Notes under the pieces: generated by a model
Seen by the model: only the letters and a program-made list of their open reading frames with translations
Databases searched by the model: none
What the model was told of the DNA's origin: nothing
NCBI GenBank assembly: GCA_039588215.1
Contig: JBDHAD010000010.1
Coordinates: 10,403-74,402, forward strand
Reading direction: 5' to 3'
From: Gemmatimonadota bacterium
GTDB lineage: Bacteria > Gemmatimonadota > Gemmatimonadetes > Palauibacterales > Palauibacteraceae
Length of the DNA stretch: 64,000 nt
Shown: piece after piece, positions 17,224-27,273 of the stretch
Numbering within the stretch: position 1 is the first letter of the stretch
Layout of the letters: the number at the start of each line of letters is the position of its first letter
Position numbers and translations under genes: made by a program

Positions 17224-18756
17224 ATGAACGAGCTCGAGAGCCTGACGGCCCTCTACAACGCAACGCGTCGCATCGGCTTGATCGACAGCCTGGATGACCT
17301 CCTCGAAACCGTCCTCGAGCAGGCACAGGAACTCATCGGATTCGATCACGGGGCCTTGATGCTCTACGATCGCGAATCCGGGCATCTCAAGGTCGCGCGG
17401 GTACGGGGCTACGGCGAGCGCGTGGGTGAGGTCCTGGCGATCACCCTTCCCCGGGGTCGCGGTCTCTCCGGATGGGCGGCCGAGCACCGACGAGCCGTCA
17501 GGGTGGCAGACGTGACCGAAGACCCGCGCTACGTAGCCGGCCTCCAGGAATGCCGTTCGAACCTCGCCGTACCCCTGCTTGTGGCGAATGAAGTCGCCGG
17601 CGTGATCAATGTCGAGTCCGAGCGGCGGGCCGCCTTCACCGAGACCCATGAGAAGCTCCTCACGGTACTCGGCTCTCAAGCCGCGTTGGCAATCCTCGCG
17701 GCGCGCACGAGCGATCGGCGACAACATCGAATCGATCAGCTAAACGCCCTGTACCGTATCAGCCAGCTCGCGAGCGGCCAGGACGACCTCGACAACACGT
17801 TGACCGCGATCCTCGAGGTCACGGAGGAGCTGGTCCCGGAGGGGCATGTCGCAGTCTTACTGATCGACGCGGTCAGCCGCTCGCTCATCGTCCGGGCCGC
17901 AAGAGGATACTCGGAGGACGCGAACCAGCTCCGGATCCCCATCGGCGAGGGCGTGACCGGACGGTGTGCCGAAACGGGCGACGTGATCGTCGTCCACAAC
18001 CTGGCCGAGATCGAGGACTACATCGAGGGCGTGGAAGGAGCCCAGAGCGAGATCGCATTGCCGCTCAAGGTGGAAGGTCGAGTCATCGGCGTCCTGAACG
18101 CGGAGTCGCGCTCGCCCGACGCGTACTCCGACGATGATGTGCGACCACTCAGCGTCGTGGCGCAGCAGGCCGCAGTCGTGATCCGTGCGGCGCAGCTGAA
18201 CGAGGAAACCCGCCGGCTCGCTGTCACTGATCCTCTGACGGGGTTACACAACCGTCGTCATTTCGTCGAGAGCCTGGAGGAGCAGCTCCGCCGGGCCGGC
18301 CGGTACGGCAACCGCGTGGCCGTGATCCTGGTCGATTGCGATCACCTCAAATCGATCAACGATCGACATGGCCATCTGTCCGGCGACCGGGCCTTGCAGG
18401 CGGTCGCGGACGTCATGCGGATCACGTTGCGAGACACGGACGTCCTGGCTCGCCTGGGCGGAGATGAGTTCGCAGCCCTGGTGATCGAGGCGGACCCTGA
18501 ACGCGCCGTCGCGGTGACTGATCGACTTCGGCGCCATGTTCAGGGTCTCACGCTGATGGCCGATGATGGCGCCGAGATCCGGCTGACAGTGTCCGCGGGG
18601 ATCGCGTTCTATCCAGAGAGCGGCTCAGACGTGAAGAGCCTGCTTCGGGAGGCCGATGTAGCGCTGTACCGCGCCAAGCGCGAGGGGCGCGACCAGGCCG
18701 CGACAGCGCCGCTTCCACCACCCGACACGCCCGGCAAGAAGCTACCGCCGCGCTGA
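17224..18756 (+). CDS. Diguanylate cyclase with two N-terminal GAF domains (GAF-GAF-GGDEF)
   Basis: Two GAF-like segments (GLSGWAAEHRRAVRVADV...; GEGVTGRCAETGDVIVVHN...). C-terminal DPLTGLHNRRHF, DCDHLKSINDRHGHLSGD and RLGGDEFA. Confidence 0.9.
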   Translation: MNELESLTALYNATRRIGLIDSLDDLLETVLEQAQELIGFDHGALMLYDRESGHLKVARVRGYGERVGEVLAITLPRGRGLSGWAAEHRRAVRVADVTEDPRYVAGLQECRSNLAVPLLVANEVAGVINVESERRAAFTETHEKLLTVLGSQAALAILAARTSDRRQHRIDQLNALYRISQLASGQDDLDNTLTAILEVTEELVPEGHVAVLLIDAVSRSLIVRAARGYSEDANQLRIPIGEGVTGRCAETGDVIVVHNLAEIEDYIEGVEGAQSEIALPLKVEGRVIGVLNAESRSPDAYSDDDVRPLSVVAQQAAVVIRAAQLNEETRRLAVTDPLTGLHNRRHFVESLEEQLRRAGRYGNRVAVILVDCDHLKSINDRHGHLSGDRALQAVADVMRITLRDTDVLARLGGDEFAALVIEADPERAVAVTDRLRRHVQGLTLMADDGAEIRLTVSAGIAFYPESGSDVKSLLREADVALYRAKREGRDQAATAPLPPPDTPGKKLPPR

Positions 18757-18881
18757 GCAGAGCTCGATCGAACCCGTCGGCGTCGCGCCTCGGTCGTCGG
18801 CGCGTTGCGTACGTCGGGGGACGCCACGACCTTGGCTGACCACGCCGTTGCAGATCACGAACCGATTACCGGAGACGAGCG

Positions 18882-19217
18882 ATGAGCACACGTTTGTCGC
18901 AGATGCAGTGCGTACCCTGTCGAGGTGGCGTACCACCGCTCGAGGGAGAGGAGCTTCACCGGCTGCATTCTGAGCTGGGAGGCGGGTGGCAACTCCTCGA
19001 TGGGCACCATCTGGAGAAGGAGTTCGAGTTTCCGGACTTCCGGACGGCACTCGATTTCACCAACCAGGTCGGCGAGCTAGCGGAGGCTCAGGATCATCAC
19101 CCCGACATCCACCTCCGGTGGGGCCGCGTCCGCGTCACCATCTGGACGCACAAGATCGATGGTCTCACGGAGAGCGATTTCGTGTTCGCCGCCAAGACGG
19201 AGGGTTTGGCCGGCTGA
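18882..19217 (+). CDS. 4a-hydroxytetrahydrobiopterin (pterin-4a-carbinolamine) dehydratase
   Basis: 111 aa with FEFPDFRTALDFTNQVGELAEAQDHHPDIHLRWGRVRVTIWTH, the PCD/DCoH signature. Confidence 0.88.
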   Translation: MSTRLSQMQCVPCRGGVPPLEGEELHRLHSELGGGWQLLDGHHLEKEFEFPDFRTALDFTNQVGELAEAQDHHPDIHLRWGRVRVTIWTHKIDGLTESDFVFAAKTEGLAG

Positions 19218-19436
19218 GTGCGCCCGGGAGTCTCAAGGTGCAGCCCTTCACCTCGGGGGCCCCTGCTCTCGCAGCGGCGTGCCCCGCGGTTGCACGCGCG
19301 GCTGCGTGAGCCGCCTCGTGGAGGGTGATCACCCTCTTGTCCGCGGCGCACGAATCGCGCAAGCTGGCAGCCGTCACGGCGTGGCCTCGGTCGCGCCGTT
19401 CGCGTTTCAGGCTCTCGTGACTCCAGGGAGTGTCCC

Positions 19437-20720
19437 GTGACCATGTCGGAGAGCGCCTCCGCGCAAACCGTGGAGAGCGGTTTCACATACCGGCGCCTCA
19501 TCGGCCGCTACGCGGGCGATCGGCCTGGCCCATTGCTTTTGTGCGTCGCCGGGCTGCATGGAAACGAACCGGCCGGGGTCACCGCGCTGGAGCACGTCAT
19601 GGATCTCATCCGGCGCAGGCGGCCGCGGATGCGGGGGGATCTCGTTGGCCTGGCCGGCAACCTCGGGGCCCTCGAGTGTGGTCGACGCTTCATCGATGAA
19701 GACCTGAACCGTATGTGGCAGCGAGCGCGCGTGGATGCCGTTCTCGCGCGCACGCGCCCGGTTGCGGGCGGAAACCCCGTGCCCGATTCAGCTGCGCCTG
19801 ATCCGGCACCCGCTGCGCCCCTCGGGACGGCCGAGCTTCGGGAGCAACGCGAACTCCTGGAAGTGCTCGACCGGGAGCTCGATGAGGCTCGCGGCGACGT
19901 GTTCGTGCTGGACTTGCACACGACCTCCGCGGAGAGCGCTCCGTTCGCCACACTCGGCGATACACGAGCGAACCGTGAGTTCGCGCTCATGCTGCCACTC
20001 CCGGTAGTGCTTGGCCTTGAGGAGCAAATCGATGGCGCCATGCTCGAGCATTTGGACCAGCGCGGGTTTGTTGGAATCGGCATCGAAGGTGGTGAGCACG
20101 AGGCCAAAGCCTCGGTGCAAGCCCATGAAGACTCGCTGTGGATCGCGCTGGCGGCTCTCGACATGGTTGCGGCCGCAGATATCCCCGACCTTGCGCACCG
20201 CCGCGCGCGTCTCGCGCACGCCAGCCAGGGACTGCCGCGCGCGCTAGAGGTTCGGTACCGGCACGACATTCGGCCGGAAGACACGTTCAAGATGGTACCG
20301 GGCTTCCGGAACTTCGAGCGGGTCGAGGCCGGGCAGGTAGTCGGAGCATCACGTTCGGGCCCCGTTGAAGCCCCGGAGAGCGGGCGGATCTTCCTGCCCC
20401 TCTATCAAGAGCTGGGCAATGACGGGTTCTTCATCGTACACGACGTGAATCCGGCCTGGCTTCGCGTCTCGGCTGTTCTGCGCGGACTCGGCGTGGATCA
20501 CCTGGCCCCGTTCATCCCCGGAGTGAAGAGACACCCGGAACGCGCCGGCGCCCTGGTCCTGCGTCTGGAACCGAGTCGGATACTGATCGGCATGCTCCAC
20601 TTGCTCGGCTTCAGAAAGCGGGTCGAGGCGGATCGTGTGCTCATGATCCGTCGGGCCGAGCACTCACCGCATGCTCCGGTGGAACACGTGGATCGGTACT
20701 CGCCGCCCAGGGGAGACTGA
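19437..20720 (+). CDS. Succinylglutamate desuccinylase/aspartoacylase-family (M14-like) zinc hydrolase
   Basis: PLLLCVAGLHGNEPAGV zinc-binding motif and DLHTTSAES. The start is GTG 19437 or ATG 19443. Confidence 0.75.
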   Translation: MTMSESASAQTVESGFTYRRLIGRYAGDRPGPLLLCVAGLHGNEPAGVTALEHVMDLIRRRRPRMRGDLVGLAGNLGALECGRRFIDEDLNRMWQRARVDAVLARTRPVAGGNPVPDSAAPDPAPAAPLGTAELREQRELLEVLDRELDEARGDVFVLDLHTTSAESAPFATLGDTRANREFALMLPLPVVLGLEEQIDGAMLEHLDQRGFVGIGIEGGEHEAKASVQAHEDSLWIALAALDMVAAADIPDLAHRRARLAHASQGLPRALEVRYRHDIRPEDTFKMVPGFRNFERVEAGQVVGASRSGPVEAPESGRIFLPLYQELGNDGFFIVHDVNPAWLRVSAVLRGLGVDHLAPFIPGVKRHPERAGALVLRLEPSRILIGMLHLLGFRKRVEADRVLMIRRAEHSPHAPVEHVDRYSPPRGD

Positions 20721-20763
20721 CAGCCGGCCGGCGCGATTCAGGAGGTCGCTGGAAGACCGCGGG

Positions 20764-22257
20764 CTAGGTTTGGCGTCTGGAGGTCAGGGCCGCAGTGGCG
20801 AGATTCCGCAGGGCGACTCGATCCGGCTTTCCGGTCGTCGTTAGAGGCAACTGCCGGACGAACACCCACTCGCGCGGATATCGCGGTCCCGAGAGCTTTC
20901 GGCGCGCCCAGGCTGCTAAATCGGCCTCGAACTCCTCCGGCGCGCATGGCGGGCGTGCGACGATAAGAGCGACCACGCGCTCTCCCCAAACCTCGTCCGC
21001 GATCCCGACCACGCCAGCTGCCCGCACGCGGGGGTGAGTGACGAGGATGTGCTCCACTTCGGCCGGGTCCACGTTCGAACCGCCCGTGACGATTCGGCTG
21101 GCCACTCGCCCGGTGACCCACAGATGACCTTCCTCGTCGAGACGACCCCGATCGCCGGTTCGAACCTGGCCGTCTCGAACGCCTGTCAGCCCGCCCGCGT
21201 GCCCGAGGTAACCGAGCATGACCGTCGGCCCACCGACGCGGATCTCCCCATCCGTCGCGATCTGAATCTCCACCCCATCCAGCGGTGCTCCCGCTGTCCC
21301 CGCCTTCCGGCGCACGAGATCCGGTGGCGCGGTCGCCACCTGCGAAGCGGCTTCCGTGAGGCCGTACGTGAGAGCCAACGGCCAGCCCCGCTGGACCGCT
21401 CGACTCACGAGGGGGGCGGGGGTCGCGTCTCCACCCACGAGGACGCACCTGAGTCGGTCAGGGAGCGGCGCGTCCGAGTCTGCCTCGAGCAGATGGTCGA
21501 GCATCGCCGGGACGACAGATACGTGCGTGACCCTCGCACTCCGGAGGAGCTCGAGAAGATGACGTGGCTCGAAGCGGGGTGGAGCGAGCACGAGACGCCC
21601 GCCCGCCAGCGCGCAGCGCAGGATGATCGCCAGTCCGCCCACGTGCGCCAACCCGAGCGACGCCAGCCACGCGTCGTCCGAGCGAAACGCCAAACGCCCG
21701 TTCGCTGCTCCAGCGCTGTGGACCTGGCTCGCGAGGCTCAGGCAAACCACTCGAGGCGCGCCGGCGCTGCCCGATGTCCAAAGAAGTGTGTGGGCTTTGC
21801 TCGGTGCGCGCAGGGGCTCCATCGGCGTGACCGGTTGGAACAGCGAGAGCCCCGCTCCGCGCAAAGCCGCGAGCTCGACGTGCCGTTCCGTCCACCCCTC
21901 CGCGGGTGGTGGTGAGCCTGGCTCGGCGATCACCGCCGCGGGCCGCAGGCGTGTGAGGAAATTGGCTCGGTCCGTGGCGTTCCACCGCGGGTGCCCGGGC
22001 GCGAGAATACCGCCCAGGCGCGGCACGCTGTGCGCCGACGTAATCCCTGCGGGTGTCGCGTCTACCCAGGCTCCGACGATGCTGCCCGGCCCCAACCCGG
22101 ACTCCGACAGGTGGGTCGCGAGCTCGTCGGCGCCGCGGTCGAGGGCCTCGTAGGTCCACTCTCGCTCACCGTCCTCGAGCGCGATGGCGCCTGGCCGCTG
22201 CCTGGACCGCAGGCGGAGCGGGTCGGCCGGTGCGTCCCCGTTCGTCGGGCTCGACAT
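20764..22257 (-). CDS. menE: o-succinylbenzoate-CoA ligase (AMP-binding family)
   Basis: ATG 22257 overlaps the menA stop (TGATG). AMP-binding motif LLWTSGSAGAPRVV, also YGLTEA, TGDRGRLDEEGHLWVTGR and TTTGKPDR. Last gene of the men cluster. Confidence 0.8.
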   Translation of the reverse strand: MSSPTNGDAPADPLRLRSRQRPGAIALEDGEREWTYEALDRGADELATHLSESGLGPGSIVGAWVDATPAGITSAHSVPRLGGILAPGHPRWNATDRANFLTRLRPAAVIAEPGSPPPAEGWTERHVELAALRGAGLSLFQPVTPMEPLRAPSKAHTLLWTSGSAGAPRVVCLSLASQVHSAGAANGRLAFRSDDAWLASLGLAHVGGLAIILRCALAGGRLVLAPPRFEPRHLLELLRSARVTHVSVVPAMLDHLLEADSDAPLPDRLRCVLVGGDATPAPLVSRAVQRGWPLALTYGLTEAASQVATAPPDLVRRKAGTAGAPLDGVEIQIATDGEIRVGGPTVMLGYLGHAGGLTGVRDGQVRTGDRGRLDEEGHLWVTGRVASRIVTGGSNVDPAEVEHILVTHPRVRAAGVVGIADEVWGERVVALIVARPPCAPEEFEADLAAWARRKLSGPRYPREWVFVRQLPLTTTGKPDRVALRNLATAALTSRRQT

Positions 22258-23183
22258 CACAACAGGCACCCGACTGCGAACAAAAGCCCGTACAGACCCG
22301 CCGCACGGGCGGTCACGCCCAACGCCGTGTTGAGCGCACGCGGGTCCCGGAACATCCACACCTCGCGCAGCGCCCCCAGCCCGCTCGAGAGCCCGACCAA
22401 GGCGAGGAGACACCCCACCGGCCAGTCGAAAACCCACACGCCGATCGCCGGAACGATGGCGCCGATTGCGAACAGCAGCGTGTACTCGATCTGGGAGCCC
22501 CGGCGCCCGAGGACCACCGCCATGGTCCGCTTCCCGACACGCGCGTCCGTCCCCACGTCGCGCAGGTTGTTCACGACGAGAATCGCGGTCGTGAGCGCAC
22601 CGACACCGGTGCCTGCGAGGAGGGTGCCTGGGGCCCACTCGTGGGCCTGCACGTAATACGTCCCGCCGACGGCCAGTAGCCCGAAAAAGAGAAACACGAA
22701 CACATCACCGAGCCCGTGGTAGCCAAACGGCCATGGCCCGCCGGTATACGCGACTCCGGCCGCGATCGAGAACAGCCCGATCGCCAGGATGGGCCACCCG
22801 CCCACGTACACGAGATAGAAACCGAGGAGTACAGCCAGCCCGAAGGTCAGGATCGCACCCAGGCGCATTCGCTCCGGCGCGATCAATCCCGTCTGGGTGG
22901 CTCGGGGCATCCCGAGACGGTCGGGCGTGTCCGCGCCCCGCATGTGGTCGGAGTAGTCGTTGGCGAAATTGGTGCCGATCTGGATCAACACGGCGCACGC
23001 CAGCGCGCAGGCGAACGGGAGGGCCGCAAAGCGGGCGTCGGACCAGGCCAGTCCACCCCCGATCAAAACGGGTCCTACGGCCGCCGGCAGTGTCTTCGGT
23101 CGTGCAGCCGTGGCCCAGGCGAGCACGGCGTTCGGTTCGGTGGCTGAATCGCTCGCGCTCGCCGAGTCCGTCAGGGACGCCAT
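22257..23183 (-). CDS. menA: 1,4-dihydroxy-2-naphthoate polyprenyltransferase (UbiA family)
   Basis: [16 protein letters not shown] and [18 protein letters not shown]. Multiple TM helices. Confidence 0.9.
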   Translation of the reverse strand: MASLTDSASASDSATEPNAVLAWATAARPKTLPAAVGPVLIGGGLAWSDARFAALPFACALACAVLIQIGTNFANDYSDHMRGADTPDRLGMPRATQTGLIAPERMRLGAILTFGLAVLLGFYLVYVGGWPILAIGLFSIAAGVAYTGGPWPFGYHGLGDVFVFLFFGLLAVGGTYYVQAHEWAPGTLLAGTGVGALTTAILVVNNLRDVGTDARVGKRTMAVVLGRRGSQIEYTLLFAIGAIVPAIGVWVFDWPVGCLLALVGLSSGLGALREVWMFRDPRALNTALGVTARAAGLYGLLFAVGCLL

Positions 23184-24007
23184 GGATACTTGCGGAAATC
23201 CGGCTGTCGCTTCTCCAGGAACGCGTTGCGGCCCTCCTGCCCTTCCTCGGTCATATAGAACAGGAGCGTCGCGTTGCCCGCCAACTCCTGTAGACCCGCC
23301 TGGCCATCACAGTCGGCGTTGAACGCGGCTTTGAGGCATCGAATCGCGAGCGGGCTCTTCTCGAGGATCTCGCGAGCCCACTGGATCCCTTCCTCCTCGA
23401 GCCGTTCCACCGGAACGACCGCGTTCACGAGCCCCATCCGCTCGGCCTGCGCCGCGTCGTACTGGCGGCACAGATACCAGATCTCACGCGCCTTCTTCTG
23501 GCCCACGCAACGGGCCAGGTACGATGAGCCGAAACCTCCGTCGAAGCTCCCTACCTTGGGTCCGGTCTGCCCGAACACCGCGTTGTCAGCGGCGATCGTC
23601 AGATCGCAGACGACGTGGAGCACGTGCCCACCACCGATCGCATATCCGGCGACAAGCGCGATCACGGGCTTTGGCATGGAGCGGATCAGCCGCTGGAGCT
23701 CGAGCACGTTGAGGCGCGGCACTCCGTCCCGGCCCACGTATCCGGCCTCGCCGCGGACGCGCTGGTCTCCACCACTGCAAAACGCCCATTTCCCGTCCTT
23801 CGACGGGCCATTACCGGTGAACAAGACCACGCCGATGTCCGCATCATCCCGCGCATCAGCAAACGCCTCCAAGAGCTCGAACAACGTCTCGGGCCGGAAG
23901 GCGTTCCGTACTTCGGGACGATCGAACGCAATCCGCGCGATACCGTCAGCCTTCTGATACGTGATGTCTTCATACTCCCCGGCTGACTCCCATGCGACAT
24001 CGCTCAT
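23171..24007 (-). CDS. menB: 1,4-dihydroxy-2-naphthoyl-CoA synthase
   Basis: [70 protein letters not shown]. Confidence 0.95.
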   Translation of the reverse strand: MSDVAWESAGEYEDITYQKADGIARIAFDRPEVRNAFRPETLFELLEAFADARDDADIGVVLFTGNGPSKDGKWAFCSGGDQRVRGEAGYVGRDGVPRLNVLELQRLIRSMPKPVIALVAGYAIGGGHVLHVVCDLTIAADNAVFGQTGPKVGSFDGGFGSSYLARCVGQKKAREIWYLCRQYDAAQAERMGLVNAVVPVERLEEEGIQWAREILEKSPLAIRCLKAAFNADCDGQAGLQELAGNATLLFYMTEEGQEGRNAFLEKRQPDFRKYPWRP

Positions 24008-24046
24008 ATTGCCGTCTTCTCCTCTTTGGGCGGGCCGTTGATTCGC

Positions 24047-25816
24047 CTACCGGCGACTCTCCATCGCGCTCCGGACCTCGCGCGCGACCCTGTTTCGGAT
24101 CTCCCAGTTCCGACGCTGTTCGATCGGAACCTCGACGATGCTGGGCCCCCCGCTGGCGAGCCCATCCTGCACGGCGGTGCGCAGCTCCTCGGTCGAGCCG
24201 ACCCGACGGTGCGGGAGCTCGTAAACCCGCGCAACCCTGGCCAGGTCGAGCCCGTGCGGCATCACTATATGCTCCGTGAAGGGGGGATCGTAGCCGCGGA
24301 TCGGAAGCTGGTGGAAGATCCCACCGCCATCGTTCTGGATGATGACGAAGACGATCGGTAGGCGTTCCCGACGGGCCGCCATCAATCCGTTCTGATCATG
24401 CAAGAAGGTCAGGTCCCCGAGGAGAGCCAGGGTGGGTCCGGCGCTCACAGCGCTGACTCCGAGCGCGCTACTCACATTGCCGTCGATCCCGCTCGCTCCG
24501 CGGTGACCGACCATGTGTAGCGCAGCCTCGCGCGGGATCGCGAACGCATCCACGTCCCGGATCGGCATGCTGTTGCCCACGAACCACGTGCTTCCGTCTG
24601 GAAGAGTCTCCGCGATCGAGGCTGCGGCCGCTCCCTCGAAGAGCTCGCCACCCAGAGCGGTCTCGATCACACCCAACGCGAGCCGCTCTGCACCGCGCCA
24701 GCGCGCCATCCATTCCGGGCTGGCCGCGTGCTTCACCCGTTCAGCGGCGGCCCGGCAGATCGACGCGGCATCGGCTCGCACGTAATCGTGAGCCCTCGCG
24801 AGATAATCCTTCCAGCGACCACCGGCGTCAACGACTACCTGCTCGGCACTCCCGCACGCGTCGAGGAAGCGCGCGGTCGCCGCGGAGGTCGGGGCGGACC
24901 CGATCCGGAGCACCAAATCGGGTGTTAACGCCTCGCACGTCCGGGCATGGGCCAGGAAGAGATCGTAGGCGGCGATGGCGTGCGCCGTCGCCCCTGCAGC
25001 GAAGCGTGCGCCCGAAAGCGGGTCGGCCAGCACCGGAACCCCCGACGCGGCTCCCAGTTGCAGAACAGCCTCGCCCACCTCCGGGCCGTGCGTGGGCCCA
25101 CACACGATGAGCCCCCTCTGCGCCTCGCTTAGACGATCGGAGACGAGGGCCGCGAGCTCGTCCGACGCCGACGGCGCCTGGTGCAGCCGCGTGTAAGGGG
25201 CCCCGTCAACGCGTCCCCAGACCGCCGTCCCGGCGCTCTCCAGGAGCGAGGCAGGTACATCGCCTTCGACCGGCGTGGGCTCCAGGGGCTCTTCGAACTG
25301 AACGTTCAAGTGTACGGGGCCTCTCGGGGCGTCTCTCGATGCGGCGACCGCCCGCGCGGCCACAGCGCGCAGGTGCCGCAACGGACGATCCTCGGTCCGC
25401 ACGAGAGGGATATCGCAGAACAACCGAACGTACGGACCAAAAAGCCTCACCTGATCGATCGTCTGGTTGGCATCGAGACCGCGCAGGTGGGCCGGTCGAT
25501 CGGCGGTAACGAGCAGCAAGGGCGACTCGCCGAGACTGGCCTCGATCGTGGCCGGGAGCAGGTTGGCTGCCGCGGTTCCCGAAGTGGTGAGAACGGCGGC
25601 AGGGCGACCCGAGGCCCGACCGATCCCGAGCGCGAAGAACCCGGCACAGCGCTCATCCAGTAGCGAGTGCACCGTGAAACGAGGGTCACCGGCGAACGCG
25701 GCCGCAAGAGGGGCCGACCTCGATCCGGAGGCGACACAAACGTGCGTGACTCCCTGGCGTCCGAGCTCGTCAACCAGGGCCTGTGCCCACAACACGTTGC
25801 GGTTCGCGTGAGTCAC
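24047..25816 (-). CDS. menD: SEPHCHC synthase (2-succinyl-5-enolpyruvyl-6-hydroxy-3-cyclohexene-1-carboxylate synthase)
   Basis: N-terminus NRNVLWAQALVDELGRQGVTHVCVASGSRSAPL. ThDP-binding region LLGDLTFLHDQNGL...IQNDGGGIF. Confidence 0.92.
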   Translation of the reverse strand: MTHANRNVLWAQALVDELGRQGVTHVCVASGSRSAPLAAAFAGDPRFTVHSLLDERCAGFFALGIGRASGRPAAVLTTSGTAAANLLPATIEASLGESPLLLVTADRPAHLRGLDANQTIDQVRLFGPYVRLFCDIPLVRTEDRPLRHLRAVAARAVAASRDAPRGPVHLNVQFEEPLEPTPVEGDVPASLLESAGTAVWGRVDGAPYTRLHQAPSASDELAALVSDRLSEAQRGLIVCGPTHGPEVGEAVLQLGAASGVPVLADPLSGARFAAGATAHAIAAYDLFLAHARTCEALTPDLVLRIGSAPTSAATARFLDACGSAEQVVVDAGGRWKDYLARAHDYVRADAASICRAAAERVKHAASPEWMARWRGAERLALGVIETALGGELFEGAAAASIAETLPDGSTWFVGNSMPIRDVDAFAIPREAALHMVGHRGASGIDGNVSSALGVSAVSAGPTLALLGDLTFLHDQNGLMAARRERLPIVFVIIQNDGGGIFHQLPIRGYDPPFTEHIVMPHGLDLARVARVYELPHRRVGSTEELRTAVQDGLASGGPSIVEVPIEQRRNWEIRNRVAREVRSAMESRR

Positions 25817-25853
25817 GCGGTCCTCCTAGCAGGCCGACGGAGCCGCGCGAATC

Positions 25854-27257
25854 TCATGGAACGCGCGCGATTCCGAGCGCGCGCAAGACGGTCTGGAGCT
25901 TCACACGTGTCTCGTCCCACTCCGCACCCGCGCGTGATCCGTCCACGATCCCCGCGCCCGCGTACAACCTGAGCAGCGGGCCGCAGGCCACGGCCGAGCG
26001 TAGAGCGGGGGCGAACTCCCCTTCGCCACGGACATCGAACCAGCCGACCGGACCCGCGTACCAGCCACGTCCGACGGGCTCCTCCTCGGTCAATATCTCT
26101 AGCGCCGTCTCTCGGGGGTACCCGCACACGGCAGCCGTGGGGTGGAGCGCCTCGACGAGGTCCAGGATGTGCGTCCCCGCGGGCACCTCTCCCTCGAGCG
26201 TGATTCGGAGGTGCTGGATGCTCGAGAGTCTGAGCAATGTCGGCTCCCTCGCGCCACGAGGCTCAGGGATGAACGGCCGAAGCCGCTCCGCTATGTCGTC
26301 CACCACGATCTGGTGCTCGGCCCGGTTCTTCCGACTGCTCAATAGCTGTCTGCCCAGCCACTCATCCGATTCCGGGTCGGGGCCGCGGGGGATCGATCCC
26401 GCTACCGCCATGGTCTGGAACATCCGCCCGGCGAGCGACCCGAGCAGCTCGGGTGCCGCCCCGAACAAGAAATTATCAGACTCGAACTGTACCAGAAACG
26501 CGTGTGAGAGCGGGTTCGCCGCCCTCAGCCGGTGCAGGATCGAGATCGGATCGGGGATCTCGGACAGGCTCACGTCCAGAGGCCGCGCCAGGACGACCTT
26601 TTGGACTCGGTGTCGTTCGATGTCGCCGAGGATCCGTCCGATGCCGGTGCCCCACGCCTGGGCATCGACCGGCTCCTCGAGCGCTGTAGCGGATGGGATG
26701 GCGTTCCCCGCGCCGGGCCCGTGTTCCAGAAACGGGGTCGAGAGCCCGAGGCGGATCTTCTCGAGTCGATCCTCGAGGTGGACGATCACGTCGGCGTCGG
26801 ACGTCGTAGCGGGAAACCGCTCCGTGAGCGTGATGACGGCGCCGCCGTCGCCTGCTTCGACCTCGACCCGTGGCAATACGAATCGCGCCGCGGGGAACGG
26901 CTCCCAGAATCCCGCTTCGCCTCCGCCTTCCGCCCCCAGCGGCGGGTGATCAGCGCGAAACGAGAAGCCTCCGTGGAAGCGAGGGCCGGAGCCCGGCGTG
27001 TCTCCCACACGAATCCATCGGGACCGCCCGATCGCTCTCCCCGCTTCGCGCACGGCGGCAAACCGGTCGGTGGCGGCGCCTGGAGTCCGGCTGTCGATCT
27101 CGAGCACCGCCCCCGCGTGCGCGACCCAACGACCACCGTCCTGCCAGAAGCCCCTCCCGATGAACCCGAGCCTCTCCGCCGCGCGGAAGAGAGCGTCCGG
27201 AGATACGACGCCCGCGGGAGCCGTCAGGCTCGCCAGGAACTCCCCTTCTCGTCTCAA
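25854..27257 (-). CDS. menF: Isochorismate synthase
   Basis: Chorismate-binding C-terminus ALHPTAAVCGYPRETALEILTEEEPVGRGWYAGPVGWF...LRSA...LYAGAGIV. The start is uncertain: TTG 27257 lies 16 nt after the receptor stop, while ATG 27326 would overlap the receptor gene by 53 nt. Confidence 0.85.
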   Translation of the reverse strand: MRREGEFLASLTAPAGVVSPDALFRAAERLGFIGRGFWQDGGRWVAHAGAVLEIDSRTPGAATDRFAAVREAGRAIGRSRWIRVGDTPGSGPRFHGGFSFRADHPPLGAEGGGEAGFWEPFPAARFVLPRVEVEAGDGGAVITLTERFPATTSDADVIVHLEDRLEKIRLGLSTPFLEHGPGAGNAIPSATALEEPVDAQAWGTGIGRILGDIERHRVQKVVLARPLDVSLSEIPDPISILHRLRAANPLSHAFLVQFESDNFLFGAAPELLGSLAGRMFQTMAVAGSIPRGPDPESDEWLGRQLLSSRKNRAEHQIVVDDIAERLRPFIPEPRGAREPTLLRLSSIQHLRITLEGEVPAGTHILDLVEALHPTAAVCGYPRETALEILTEEEPVGRGWYAGPVGWFDVRGEGEFAPALRSAVACGPLLRLYAGAGIVDGSRAGAEWDETRVKLQTVLRALGIARVP

Positions 27258-27273
27258 CGCGTGGATGCGCGCC